64,000 bases of DNA. Source: Scenedesmus sp. PABB004. Lineage: Eukaryota. The position numbers were made by a program, and so were the translations under genes. How positions within the stretch are numbered: position 1 is the stretch's first letter; each line of letters opens with the position of its first letter. Shown here piece by piece: positions 29,010 through 39,400 of this stretch. The notes under the pieces are model-generated. The model was not told where the DNA came from. It saw nothing but the letters and a program-made list of their open reading frames with translations, and made no database searches. The stretch lies in contig JABVCE010000012.1 of NCBI GenBank assembly GCA_014905635.1, positions 558,001 through 622,000 of the forward strand, given 5' to 3'.

Positions 29010-29324
29010 GGCTGCGGCGGCGGCGGCGGGCCGCACGTTCCGGGGCTGAGCGCCCGTGCGGCCGCAGCTCGCACGGGCGCCGCGCGGGCTATGGAGGCGC
29101 TGCGCGGGGTGTGCGCGCGCGGTGCGCGCTGGCGGCCGCGCGAGGGAGTTGTCGCAGCAGCAACTCACACGTCAGGCAACACGCCCGTCGTCCGGCGGCA
29201 CTGACCGAGCTCCCGCTCAATGTCCGCACGACCGCGTCGCGCGCGCGGCGCAGACACATGCCGGCCGGGCCGGCCACAGCTCGCGCGTCACGTGCCCTGA
29301 CTCACACAATCATTTGCTGTCCGC

Positions 29325-30084
29325 TCATGCCATGTTGGCCTTGTAGGTCAGGTGGTCCATGGCGGCGTAACGCTGTCCCGCGACCCCGCCCGCCGGCACG
29401 GCGGCCTCGAGCTCGGCCAGCTCGTCGGCGGTGAGCGTGATCGCCGCTGCGGCCGCGTTCTCCGCCACCGCGGCCAGCCGGCGCGTGCCGGGGATGGGGA
29501 TGACGTCCGGCGCCTTGGCCAGCAGCCACGCGAGGGCCAGCTGACTGGGCATCACGCCCTTGGCGGCGGCGAGGCGCTCCAGGTTGGCCACGAGCGCCAG
29601 GTTCTGCGGTGGGGAAAGGGTCCGCGGCGGCGCCGCGCTGTGATAGCGCGCAGGCGGGTGCCGCGCGGGCGCCGCCGTGCGCGCGCCGCACGCGTGCTGC
29701 CTTGCCTTGCTGAGGTTGTCGCCCGTGAACCAGGGGCTGTGCACGCGGAAGTCGCCCGCCTCGAGGCCCGCCGTGTCCTTGAGCTTGCCCGTCAGCAGCC
29801 CGCGGCCCTGCGGCGGCGCCGCGCGGCGGCGGCACCGCGCGGCGGCGGCGGCGGCGGCGGCGGCAGTGGGTCGGCGCGGCGCGGCGCCGCGGCCGCGGGG
29901 CAGGCGCGAGCGCGGGCGCCGCGCGGCGCGCGTCCGCTCGCCAGGGGGCTGTACGCCAGCACGCCGATGCCGAGCTCGCGGCACACGGGCAGCAGGTCGT
30001 CCTGGCCGCGCCGGCGCGGCGGCGGCGGCGGCGGTGTGTGAGGTGTGTGTGTGTGAGGGGGGGGGGCGTGGTGTGACAGCAGCA

Positions 30085-30154
<70 letters not shown>

Positions 30155-31338
30155 ACCTCGAGGTCGCGCACAAACAGCGAGTACTCCTGCGCGCCGAGCG
30201 GGAGCGGGGCGGGAGGGCGGGGAGCTTCCTTTGCTCGCCGCTGACCCGCGCCGCCAGGCAGCGGGGCGCAGGAGCGGCCGCCGCGCTGCACGGTGGCGCG
30301 CGCGGCGCGGCGCGGCGCACCTGCTCGATCGCTGCTATGGGCACGACCGCGGCCGCGGCGCGGATCTGGTCCGGCCCGACCTCGCTCAGCCCCACGCCGC
30401 GGACCTTGCCCTCGGCGACGAGCGCCTGCGGCGGCGCGCGCGGGGCGCTGCTGGCTGGGCCCGCCGCCGCATTCGGCGCGCGGGGCGGCGCGGCGCGGCG
30501 GTTTAGCGTCTCGACCTAAACCCCGCCGCCTCACCTTGAGCTCCAGCATGACCTCACCGATGTCCACGCCCGGCTGTGGAGGTGCGCAGCGAGCGGGGCG
30601 CGAGCGGCGCGGCGGCGCCCGGCGGCGGCGGCGGCGCGCGGGCGGTGAGCAGGGGCGGCCGCGCCGGCGCGGCGCCGGGGAGCAGGGGCGGCCCGCCCCG
30701 CAGCACCAGCGGCGCGCCTGCACGGGGCCGCGCAGGGTGAAGAGGTCGACGTAGTCGGTGCCCAGGCGGCGCAGGCTCGCCTCGCATGCGGCGCGCGCGT
30801 ACGCGCGCGTCTGCGTGTGCGACACGCCGCCGTCGGGCGTGAACATGGGGCCCCACTTGGTGCAGAGCACGTACGAGTGCCGCGGCACGCCCGACAGCGC
30901 GCGGCCTGCGGCGCGCCGTGGCGCGGCGCGGGACGGCGTTGACTCAGGGCCCGCGTCGCGGAGGTTGGGTCGGTGGGCGGAGGTCTCAACGCGCCCGCGC
31001 CCGCGCCCGCGCGCGCGCGCGGCGTTCACGCGCCCAGGAGCTCCTCGTTGATGTAGGGGCCGTACAGGTCGCTGGTGTCAAAGACCTGCGGGGGCACGGC
31101 GCGGACGGCGGGGCGGCGGCGGCGGTGAGAGCTGCGCGTCGCCGCGCTCGGCCCGCGCTGCCGCGCCCGCGCGTACGTTCACGCCGAGCGACAGCGTGCC
31201 GCGGATGACCGCGACCGCCTCCTCCTCGCTCGGCGCCGCCGCCGCGCCGCCGTAGAAGCCCTGCGTGAGCGACATGCACCCCAGGCCGATGCAGGAGCCG
31301 GTCAGCACGCCGCCCAGCGTGCGCTGCGGCAGCGCCAT
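29325..31338 (-). CDS. Aldo-keto reductase (AKR13/IN2-2/auxin-induced PCNT115-like), multi-exon
   Basis: IGLGCMSL..FYG; VFDTSDLYGPYINEELLG; LCTKWG; ACEASLRRLGTDYVDL; GLSEVG..IRAA; EYSLFVRDLE; CRELGIGVLAYSPL|GRGLLTG; QLALAWLL..DVIPIPGTRR..EN. Catalytic Asp, Tyr and Lys are visible. Confidence 0.95.
30076..30152. repeat. (GCG)n trinucleotide run (~23 units) preceded by (CAG)3, inside an AKR intron
   Basis: Directly visible. Confidence 0.9.
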
Positions 31339-32195
31339 CGCGGCGGCGTCGCAGCTGCCGTCGAGAGGGCGCCGCCGGGTGCGAGGCAGCCGCTGCTGGC
31401 GCGGCAGCCGCGTGATGGGACGCAGCAAGCAGAATGAGCGGCGGGGGTGCGCTGGCGCGGGCGGGCGGCGCGGGGTGGGCCGCGGCGGGCTGGCGGCTCT
31501 CAGCGCAGCTGCGCGTGCGCCCGGCGAGCCCGCGGGCGAGCTCGCGCCAGGGCGCGGGCAGGGCGGAGGGCTTCGTGGACGCGCGACTGTACGCGATCGG
31601 CAGGCAGAGCGCGGGCCGTCGACCAAAGCAGCGACGGCGGCGGTGCAAGGGTCCAGGCCGCGGCGCCCCGCCGGCCACCCCCGCGCCGTGCGACGCCCCC
31701 GCCGCCGCACACACAGCCGCCGCCCCCCTCAGCACCCCGCCACGTACAACCGCCCAGCGCAGCCCCGCCGCGCCGCCGGAACGCCCGCCGTTCGAAGCGC
31801 GGCGCCCCCGCCCCCCGCCCGCGGCGCGCCCCTGGCCAGGCGGGGCGTGGCGCAGTAGGATCCTAGTGGCTGGATCGTCCCGTCCAGCGCGGCGCCAGGC
31901 GAGCCGGGCGCGCGGGCAGGCGGGGAGGGCAGCAGCGGCGGGCCGCGCTGCGCGGCGCCCGGTGCAGGCGGCGGGGGCGCCGGCGGTGCGCGGCGGGCGG
32001 GCGTGTCGCGTGGGCTGCCGGGCCTGTGCGCCCTGAGCGCCGCTGCTGGCGGGCCCGCCGCCGCACCGCCGCGCCGGGGCGGGGGCGGGCGCCGCACGCT
32101 GCTGCTGCTGCGCTCACGCCGCCCGCGCGCTTGCCCGCTGCTGCCGGTGCCCCGCCTGCTGCCCCCTGGTGGCCCGCAGGCTGTCAGGTGGCACC

Positions 32196-33308
32196 ATGTC
32201 TGCTGCGCCGGCGGCAGCGCGCCGCGAGGCGGCGGCGCGCAGCACTGGCGACGAGGCGAGGTGGGGCGCGCTGGCGCTGCCGACGCCCCCAGCTGTCGCT
32301 GCTGGCCAGGCGGGCGCTGAGCGGCGAGCCACAGCCAGGTCCAGCACGCGCAGCGCGCTGCCTCACCGCCGCCCCCGCCCGCCCGCCGCGCCCCGCCGCG
32401 CCGCCAGCTCCCTGTGGCGGGACCTGCCCGAGCCGGAGCTCAAGATCCACGTCCTGAGCTTCCTGCCGCCGGCCCTGCAGGCGTGGGCCGCCAAGCTGGT
32501 CTGCAAGGCGGCGCGCGAGCACTTCCGCGGCGCCACGGTCGTCTCGGTGCGCTGCCCCGAGCTGCCGCTCGCGGCGATGCAGGAGGCGTGGCGGGCGGTG
32601 CAGGGTGGCTGGCAGCAGCAGCAGCGGCTGGCCAAGGCACGCGCGGCGTGCGGCGACGTGGCGGGGCTGGCCTGGCTGCACGGCGCCGGCTGCAACATGC
32701 ACCAGGTGTGCTGGAACGCAGTGCAGGCCGGCCAGCTTGCGGTGCTGGAGTGGGCGCACGGCGCGGGGCTCGACCTGTGGGATGTGTGCCCGGCAGCAGC
32801 ACAGCACGGCCAGCTCGCCGTGCTGGAGTGGGCACGCGGCGAGGGGCTGGACCTGCAGGACGTGTGCGGCGCAGCAGCCAGGGTCGGGCAGCTGGATGTG
32901 CTGCGCTGGGCGCGCGCGCAGACGCCGCCGCTGCCGTGGGACGACGGCGTGTGCCACGTGGCTGCAGCGCGCGGCGACCTGGAGATGCTGCGCTGGGCGC
33001 GCGCCCAGGCCGAGCCCGCGCCGTGGGGCAAGGAGGTGTGCTGGGCGGCGGGTGCGCGCGGGCACCTGGAGGCGCTGCGCTGGCTGCGCGCCGGCGGCTG
33101 CCCGTGGTGGCGCAGCAGCTGCGAGGAGTGGGCAGCGCACAAGGGCCACGCGGCGGTGGTCGCGTGGATCCGGGCGCAGCCCGTGTCGCCGGACGACGGC
33201 CCTGACTGGGGCGAGGATGATGACGGGGAGGGCTGGGAGGGGGAGGGCTGGGAGGGGGAGGGCTGGGAGGGGGAGGGCTGGGAGGGGGGGGGCTGGGGAG
33301 AGGGGTAG
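32196..33308 (+). CDS. F-box-like + ankyrin-like repeat protein, copy D (most intact copy; one extra repeat)
   Basis: ATG 32196; phase-2 intron 32261-32407 (147 nt); [31 protein letters not shown]; repeats VCWNAVQAG, VCPAAAQHG, VCGAAARVG, VCHVAAARG, VCWAAGARG; (GEGWE)n tail ending at TAG. Confidence 0.85.
   Translation: MSAAPAAARREAAARSTGDEARWGALALPTPPAVAAGQAGAERRATARSSTRSALPHRRPRPPAAPRRAASSLWRDLPEPELKIHVLSFLPPALQAWAAKLVCKAAREHFRGATVVSVRCPELPLAAMQEAWRAVQGGWQQQQRLAKARAACGDVAGLAWLHGAGCNMHQVCWNAVQAGQLAVLEWAHGAGLDLWDVCPAAAQHGQLAVLEWARGEGLDLQDVCGAAARVGQLDVLRWARAQTPPLPWDDGVCHVAAARGDLEMLRWARAQAEPAPWGKEVCWAAGARGHLEALRWLRAGGCPWWRSSCEEWAAHKGHAAVVAWIRAQPVSPDDGPDWGEDDDGEGWEGEGWEGEGWEGEGWEGGGWGEG
33225..33299 (+). 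repeat. 15-bp tandem repeat (GGGGAGGGCTGGGAG) x4 plus one degenerate unit, encoding GEGWE
   Basis: Directly visible; G-run rich (possible G-quadruplex). Confidence 0.9.
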
Positions 33309-33466
33309 GGCTGGAGCTCGGACGAGGAGGAGGACGAGGAGGACTGGGGTGACGCCGCCTGACTGCGGCCGGCTGCGAGCTGCGCCCGGCGCCTGGGGCG
33401 GCGGCCAGCGCCGGTGCCGCCGCGCGGCCGCAGTTGCTACCCAAGCCCCTCCCTCACGTCGCGCCG

Positions 33467-36400
33467 TCAGCATGCGCGGCCGCCGCGCCCGCCGCCGCCC
33501 GCGCTCGACCGGCGCGCCGTGCCCGGCCGCGCCGCGTGCACGGCGGGGCCCCAGCCCGCGGCCGGCGGCGTCACCGGCGCCGCGCCGCCGGCGCTGCCGC
33601 TCGCCGCGCTGCTGCGCGCGCGCGCAGGGCGTGACGAGCGCCGCCAGCGAGCGCGGCAGCGTCTCGCCGCCAAAGCTGGGCAGCGCCGTGCCCGGCGGCG
33701 CGCCGACGCTCGCGCCCGCCTGCGGCGGCTGCCGCCGCGGCGACTGCCCCGCCGCAGCCGGCCACCACTTGCCGTACAGCCGCTGCTGCAGCCGGCGCTC
33801 CTCCTCAGCGCCGCGCGCCGCCTCGCAGCCGGCCGCCGAGCCGGCCGTCGCGCTGGCGCCGCTTGAGCTGGGGCTGCCGCTGCGGCTGGTGCCGCCGCTG
33901 CCGCCGCCGCCGCCGCCGTGCTCGGCCCGCGCCAGCAGGCCGGCGCGGCGCTCGCCCCAGTGCGTGCCGCCCCGCGGCGGCGCGCCCGAGTCGTGCCACG
34001 GCTGCGGCGCCGCGCAGCCCCCCGGCGGCGCGCTAGGCGGGCGCGGCGCCGCCGGGCTGCCGAGCCGCAGCTGCAGGCGCGCCTGCTCGACCTCCCAGAC
34101 CCGCAGCTCCAGCTGCTGCTGCTGCAGCTCCAGCTGGCGCTGCAGCAGCGGCTCATAGTCAGCGCCGCCCGTGCCGGCCGAGCCGGGGCGCCCGACCACG
34201 GGCGCGCGCGGCGGGCCGCCGCCCGCCCAGCTGGCGCGCGTGGGCTCCCCCTGAGCAGGCGAGTCCTGGCCGCGCTGGCGCAGGCTGTAGAGATAGGCCG
34301 CCGCCCAGTCCCGCAGCTCCGCCAGGCTCAGGCTGGTCGGGTGCGGCGCGCGCGGCGGCGGCGACGTGCGCACGCTGGGAAGCTGCCACGGCGGCAGCCC
34401 CAGCTCGTGCGCCTGCGGCCGCGCGCGAGGGCGAGGGCGGTTGGGGGCGGGGAGGACGGGTCAGGGCTGCAGCGCGGCCTGCGACGCGGTGCCGGGGCCC
34501 GCTCGGCGCGCGCCCGCCGCCCACCTGGCGCACGCTGTCCGCAACGGCGCGCAGGTCGACGCCGCGCGGGCTCAGCCTGCCGCCCGCGCCGCCCGCCGCG
34601 TCGTCGTACGACGCGCGGTCGTCGCCGAGCGTGACGCGGCGGCCCTGGAAGCCGCGGGAGAGCGCCAGCAGCGGCGCCTGGCGCTCGCCGCGCTCCGCCG
34701 CCGCGGCGGCGGCCGCGCTGGGCGGCAGGCCGGCAAAGAGCCCCGCCTCGTCCGACTCGGAGCCGGGGTCGACCTGCGCCGCGCGGCCAGCGGCGGGCGG
34801 CGGGCGGGCGGCGCGGCTGCACTCAGCGCGAGGCCGTGGTCGCGCGACGCGGTGGCGGCGGCGGGCGCGCGGCGCCGCACCTCGCCGGCGCCGCCGCCGA
34901 GCGCCGCCATGCGCCGCGCGAGGGTGCGGTCCTGGTGCGCGCTGCGCGGGCCCAGCAGCGGCGAGCCGGGGCCGCCGCTCACGGGCAGCAGCCCGCGCGG
35001 CAGCGCGTCCACGTCCGGAGCATGCGCCGGCTCAAAGTCGAGCCGCCGGCGCAGCGCGGGGGGCCCCGGCGAGCACGGCAGCCGCGCGGCGTCCGGCCAG
35101 CCGCCGGGGCCCGCGGGCGTGCCGGCCAGGCTCGCGGCCGCCGAGAGCAGCGCCGCGCCGTCGGTCCTCATCGCTGCGGCGTAGCTGCGCCACAGGTCCA
35201 GGAAGTCGGACAGGCAGGCCAGGCGGCGGCGGTTGACAAAGCCCGCCACGCGCGCGCGCGGCGCCACGCGCGCGGCCGCCGCGGCCGCCCAGCCGCGCAG
35301 CGCGTCGCCCAGCAGCGCCGCGCGCTCGCGCGCGAGCGCGGCAAGCAGCACGCGCCACAGCGCGCCGCGCTGCTCGCGCAGGCAGGCCAGCTCCTCGCGC
35401 CAGCCCGCGAGCGCGGCGCGCGCGAGCGCGCGCCGGCGGCGCCGGTCGGCGGCCGCCTCGGCTGCCTCGCGCGCGCGCGCGCCGTCGGCCGCCGCGTCGG
35501 CCCACGCCGGCAGCAGCCTGCGCAGCGCCGCGCCCGCCCAGTGGCGCTCCGCGCGCAGGCGGTCGACGCGCGCCTGGTCGGCGGCGGCGCGCCATGCGCG
35601 GAAGCACGTCGCCAGGCTGTGCGCCAGCAGGCCCGCCAGGCGCTGCGCGACCTTGCGGTACTTGCTGACCTGCGCAGCGGGCGGTGTGATGGTGAGTTGG
35701 TGGTGTGAGTGTGGGTGTGTGTGCGAGTGAGGCATGCGGCGTGCGCGGCGGGCCAGCCCACTGGGGAGGGCGCAGCGCGGCCGCACCTGGACGTGCCACG
35801 CCATGAACGACGCCGTGAGCAGCTCCCGGCGGCGCCGCCGCGCGACCTGCTCCCCGATTGCCAGCGCCTCGGCGATGGCGCGCTGCTTCGCGTGGAACGC
35901 GGCGCCGCGCAGCACGCGCACCTGCGGCGGCGCACGCGCAGGGCGCCTTGCCGCGCAGGGCGCGCGCGGGGCCCCAGCCCTGGGCCTGCCAAGCCCCCCC
36001 CAACCACCCACCCACACGCACACACCTGGCAGTACCAGCGCCAGCAGTAAAAGGCGCGCTCCAGCTGCCGGCGCTGCAGCGTCGCCGCGGCGGTGCGCCA
36101 CGCGGCGTTGCGCGCGCGGTGCCCCGGCGCCCACGCCGCCCACCGCCGCAGGCAGCCGCGCAGCAGGAGGCCGCGCCAGTGGCGCTGCGCCGCAGTCGTC
36201 GCCGACCAGCCCGCCAGCAGGCCGCCCGCGCGGCGCGTGGCGAGCTCGTGCGTCAGCTCGAGACCGGCGCCGCGCCACGCGGCGCGCTCCTGCGCGGCCT
36301 GCGGCGCGCGTGCGGCGGCGGCGGCGGCGGCGCAGGGCTCTCAGGCCAGCCGGCCACGGCGGCGGCCGCCGCTGCAGCAGCGCGGCGCGCCGCGGGCACG

Positions 36401-39400
36401 CGCACCTGCATCCAGCCGCGCAGCGCGAGGCAGCCCAGGCGGCGCACGCGGAAGTGCAGGGCGACGTGGGCCATGTGTCGGTAGTAGGTCGCCACCATCC
36501 AGCCCCGCAGCGCGGCACAGCACGCGTGCCGCGCCCGCAGCGCACCCGCGGCGCGGGACAGCGCGCGCTTGCGGTGCGCGAGCGCCATGCCGCGCCGCCA
36601 CGCCGCGAGCGCGCGCGCCGCGAGGCGAGCGCCGCGGTGCGCGTCGGCGCGCGCGTCGCGCGCGTCCTCGCGCGCCGCGACCCACGCGCCAAACGCCTGC
36701 GGGCGCGGCGGGCGGGTGCTGAAGCAGGCCGCTGGGTCCGGGGCGCGGCGCTGGCGCTGGCCGCGCTGGAAGGACGGCAAGCCTCATCGTCCCCCGGCCT
36801 CCGCCCCCGCGGCTGCCGCACCGTGACGAGCAGCCGGTTCCAGCGCGCCACCATGGCCCGCCGCTCCTGCGTGCGCTCGCGCGCCCACTCGCGCCAGGCG
36901 CCCAGCACGGCGCCGCCGTCGCGGCGCAGCGCGCGCGCGCGGAAGCTCGCCAGCACGACGCGGTGGTGGTGCATGTCTTGCGCGAGCAGGTGCCACCAGC
37001 GCAGTGCGGATGCGCGCTGCCGCGCCTGGCGCCGCTTGAGCGCGGACGCGGCGGCCGCCGCCGCGCCGCGCGCGCGCGACACATTGGAGGCAAGCGCCGA
37101 CAGCGCGGCGCGCGCGAGCGCAGCACGCCGGTGGCTGAGCGCGAACGCGAGCAGCTCCCACTTGCGCGAGCGGTGCGCCGCGTACGCGCGCCACTGCCGG
37201 AGCGCGCCCGCCAGCTGGCGGCGCAGCGTGCGCGCGAGCACCTCCCGCGCCCGCGCGCGCAGGGCCTGGCGCCGCTCCGTGGCCTCCCGCCAGCGCGCAA
37301 AGGCGCGGCAGAGGAGCAGGTTGCCCAGCCGGGTGACGGCGGCCTGCGGCGGCGGCGAGGCGCGTGAGCCGCTCCGCGGCAGCCGAGCGGCGGCGCCCCC
37401 GGCGCAGTGCCGCGCACCTGCAGGAGCCCGCGGCGCCGGCCGCGCGCGAGCGCCGCGCCGCGCCAGCCGTCAAACGCGCCCGCCAGGACGCGCTGCGCGC
37501 GCGCCGCGAGCGCGCCCTGCAGCAGCTGCCCGCGGCGAGCCTGCGCGCGCCAGGCGGCGAACGCCTGCCGCGTGCGGCCCTGCAGGCGCTGCAGCGGCGG
37601 CGGCGGCGTCGGGTGTCGGGCGTCAGGCGTGCGGGCGACGCGGCGGTGCGCGCTGCCGAGGGGCGGTGCGCGCCGCGGCGCGGCGCCCCCGCCCACCTTG
37701 CCCTGCAGGCGGCCCAGGTTGCGGCGCAGCGGCGAGAGGTAGCCCACGACGCCCGCCCACGCGGCGATGCAGCGCCGCCCCCGCCGCGCCGCCCAGTGGC
37801 GCGCCGCGGCGTCGCTGTGCGCGGCGCTGCGCAGGCGGTGCTGCGCGTAGGCCATCCACGCTGCCAGCGCCCGCGCGGTCAGGCCGTTGGAGTAGGTGAA
37901 CACGGCGGCGACAAGCTTGCGCCGCTTCTCCTGCGATGGCGCACAGCACGGAGCGGCGTTGGTGCGGCGCGCGTCCGAGGTGCGGCGCGCGCCCGCCTGC
38001 CCGCCGGCGCGCCCGGCCGCGCACCTGGCGCATCGCCGCGCCGCGCCGCCACGCGCGCAGCGCGCGCCGCGCCGCGCCGCCGCGCGCGTGGCGCCTCGCC
38101 GCGTCGGCCGCGCGGCGCTCCCCGACCGCCCACTTGAGGGCGGTCAGGGCCTTGAGCGTGAGGGCATAGTAGAGGAAGGTGGCCGCGCGGTGCTCCGCGG
38201 CGCGCTCCGCCACGCGCTCCGCTGCCGCGGCGCGCCAGCCGTCGAGCGCGGCGCCGAGCGGCGCGGCCGCCCAGCGGCGCAGCGCGCGCGCTGCCAGCAG
38301 CGCGGCGCGCTCGCCGTCGGGGGTCTGGATGCGCTGCAGCAGGCGGTCCTCGGTCTGGGCGCGGCGTGTTGGCGCGGCGGCGCGGCGCGGGTGGGCGCGT
38401 GCGGCCAGCGCAGGCGGCCGCCGCGGCGCCGCTGCGCGCCGCGCGCCAGCGCCGCGCACCCGCCGCCAGTGCGCCTGCTCGCGCGCGGTGATGCGCCACT
38501 CGGAGAACGCGCCGCGCAGCGTCGTCGCCAGCAGCGTGCGCAGCAGGTGCCCCGCGCCGGCCAGCTGGCGCGCGCGCTCGCGCCAGGCGAGCAGGCACGC
38601 GCGCAGGCGGCGCGTGGCAAAGCGGAGCAGGGCGGCCTGCGGGCGCGCGCCCCGGCGACGGCGGGGCTGAGCGGCGGCGGCGGCGCCGCCGCCGCGCGTC
38701 GCGTGGGCGGCCTCGCTGCGCGCTCACCCGCAGCGCGGCGCTGCGCGTCGCCGCCGCGCGCCAGCCGGCAAACGCCTCGGCGAGTAGCCGGTTGTGCAGG
38801 CGTGCCGCGGCGCGCGCCGCCATGTCCACTGCCGCGGTCGCCTTGTGCCGCGCTGCGCAGGCCAGGCCCGCCCAGGCGAGGAACGCGCGCTGCTGGCGCC
38901 GCGCACACGCGTACGCGTCAGCCACGGCCGCCTGGCGGCGGCGCTGCACGTGCGACTGCCAGGCCGACAGGCTGCGCCGCAGCAGCTGCGCGCCCGTGCG
39001 GACGTGCTGCAGCTGCACGCGCTGCGGGCGGGCGGGCGGGCGAGCGGTGCGGGGGCGGTGAGCTGCACGCTTGCTGCAGCGCAGCGAGCGAGCGCCGCGC
39101 GCGCCGCCTCACCTGCGCGTGGCCGGCCTCGCGCTGCGCGTGGCGCCGCCACAGTCCCAGCAGCGCGCGCAGCACCGCGGCGCGCCAGCGCGCGTCGGCC
39201 GCCGCCTTGGCGCCACGCCAGGCGACGACGCCGCGCCAGTGCGCCAGCGCGGCGCGCGCCCCCAGCCGGCCCCAGGCGCCCTCCACCTGGTGGGCCTTGC
39301 CGCGCAGCGCCGCGCGCGCGCCCGCCGTGGCGCGCCAGCCGGCAAAGGCCGCACAGAGCGCGGCGCGTTCGCGGCGCCGCACCGCGCCCTCGGCCGCCGC

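Larger units (their letters stand above)
31462..33362 (+). repeat. F-box/ankyrin cassette copy D
   Basis: Aligns with copy C from ~31462 and with all copies from ~31635. Same intron positions. Confidence 0.9.
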
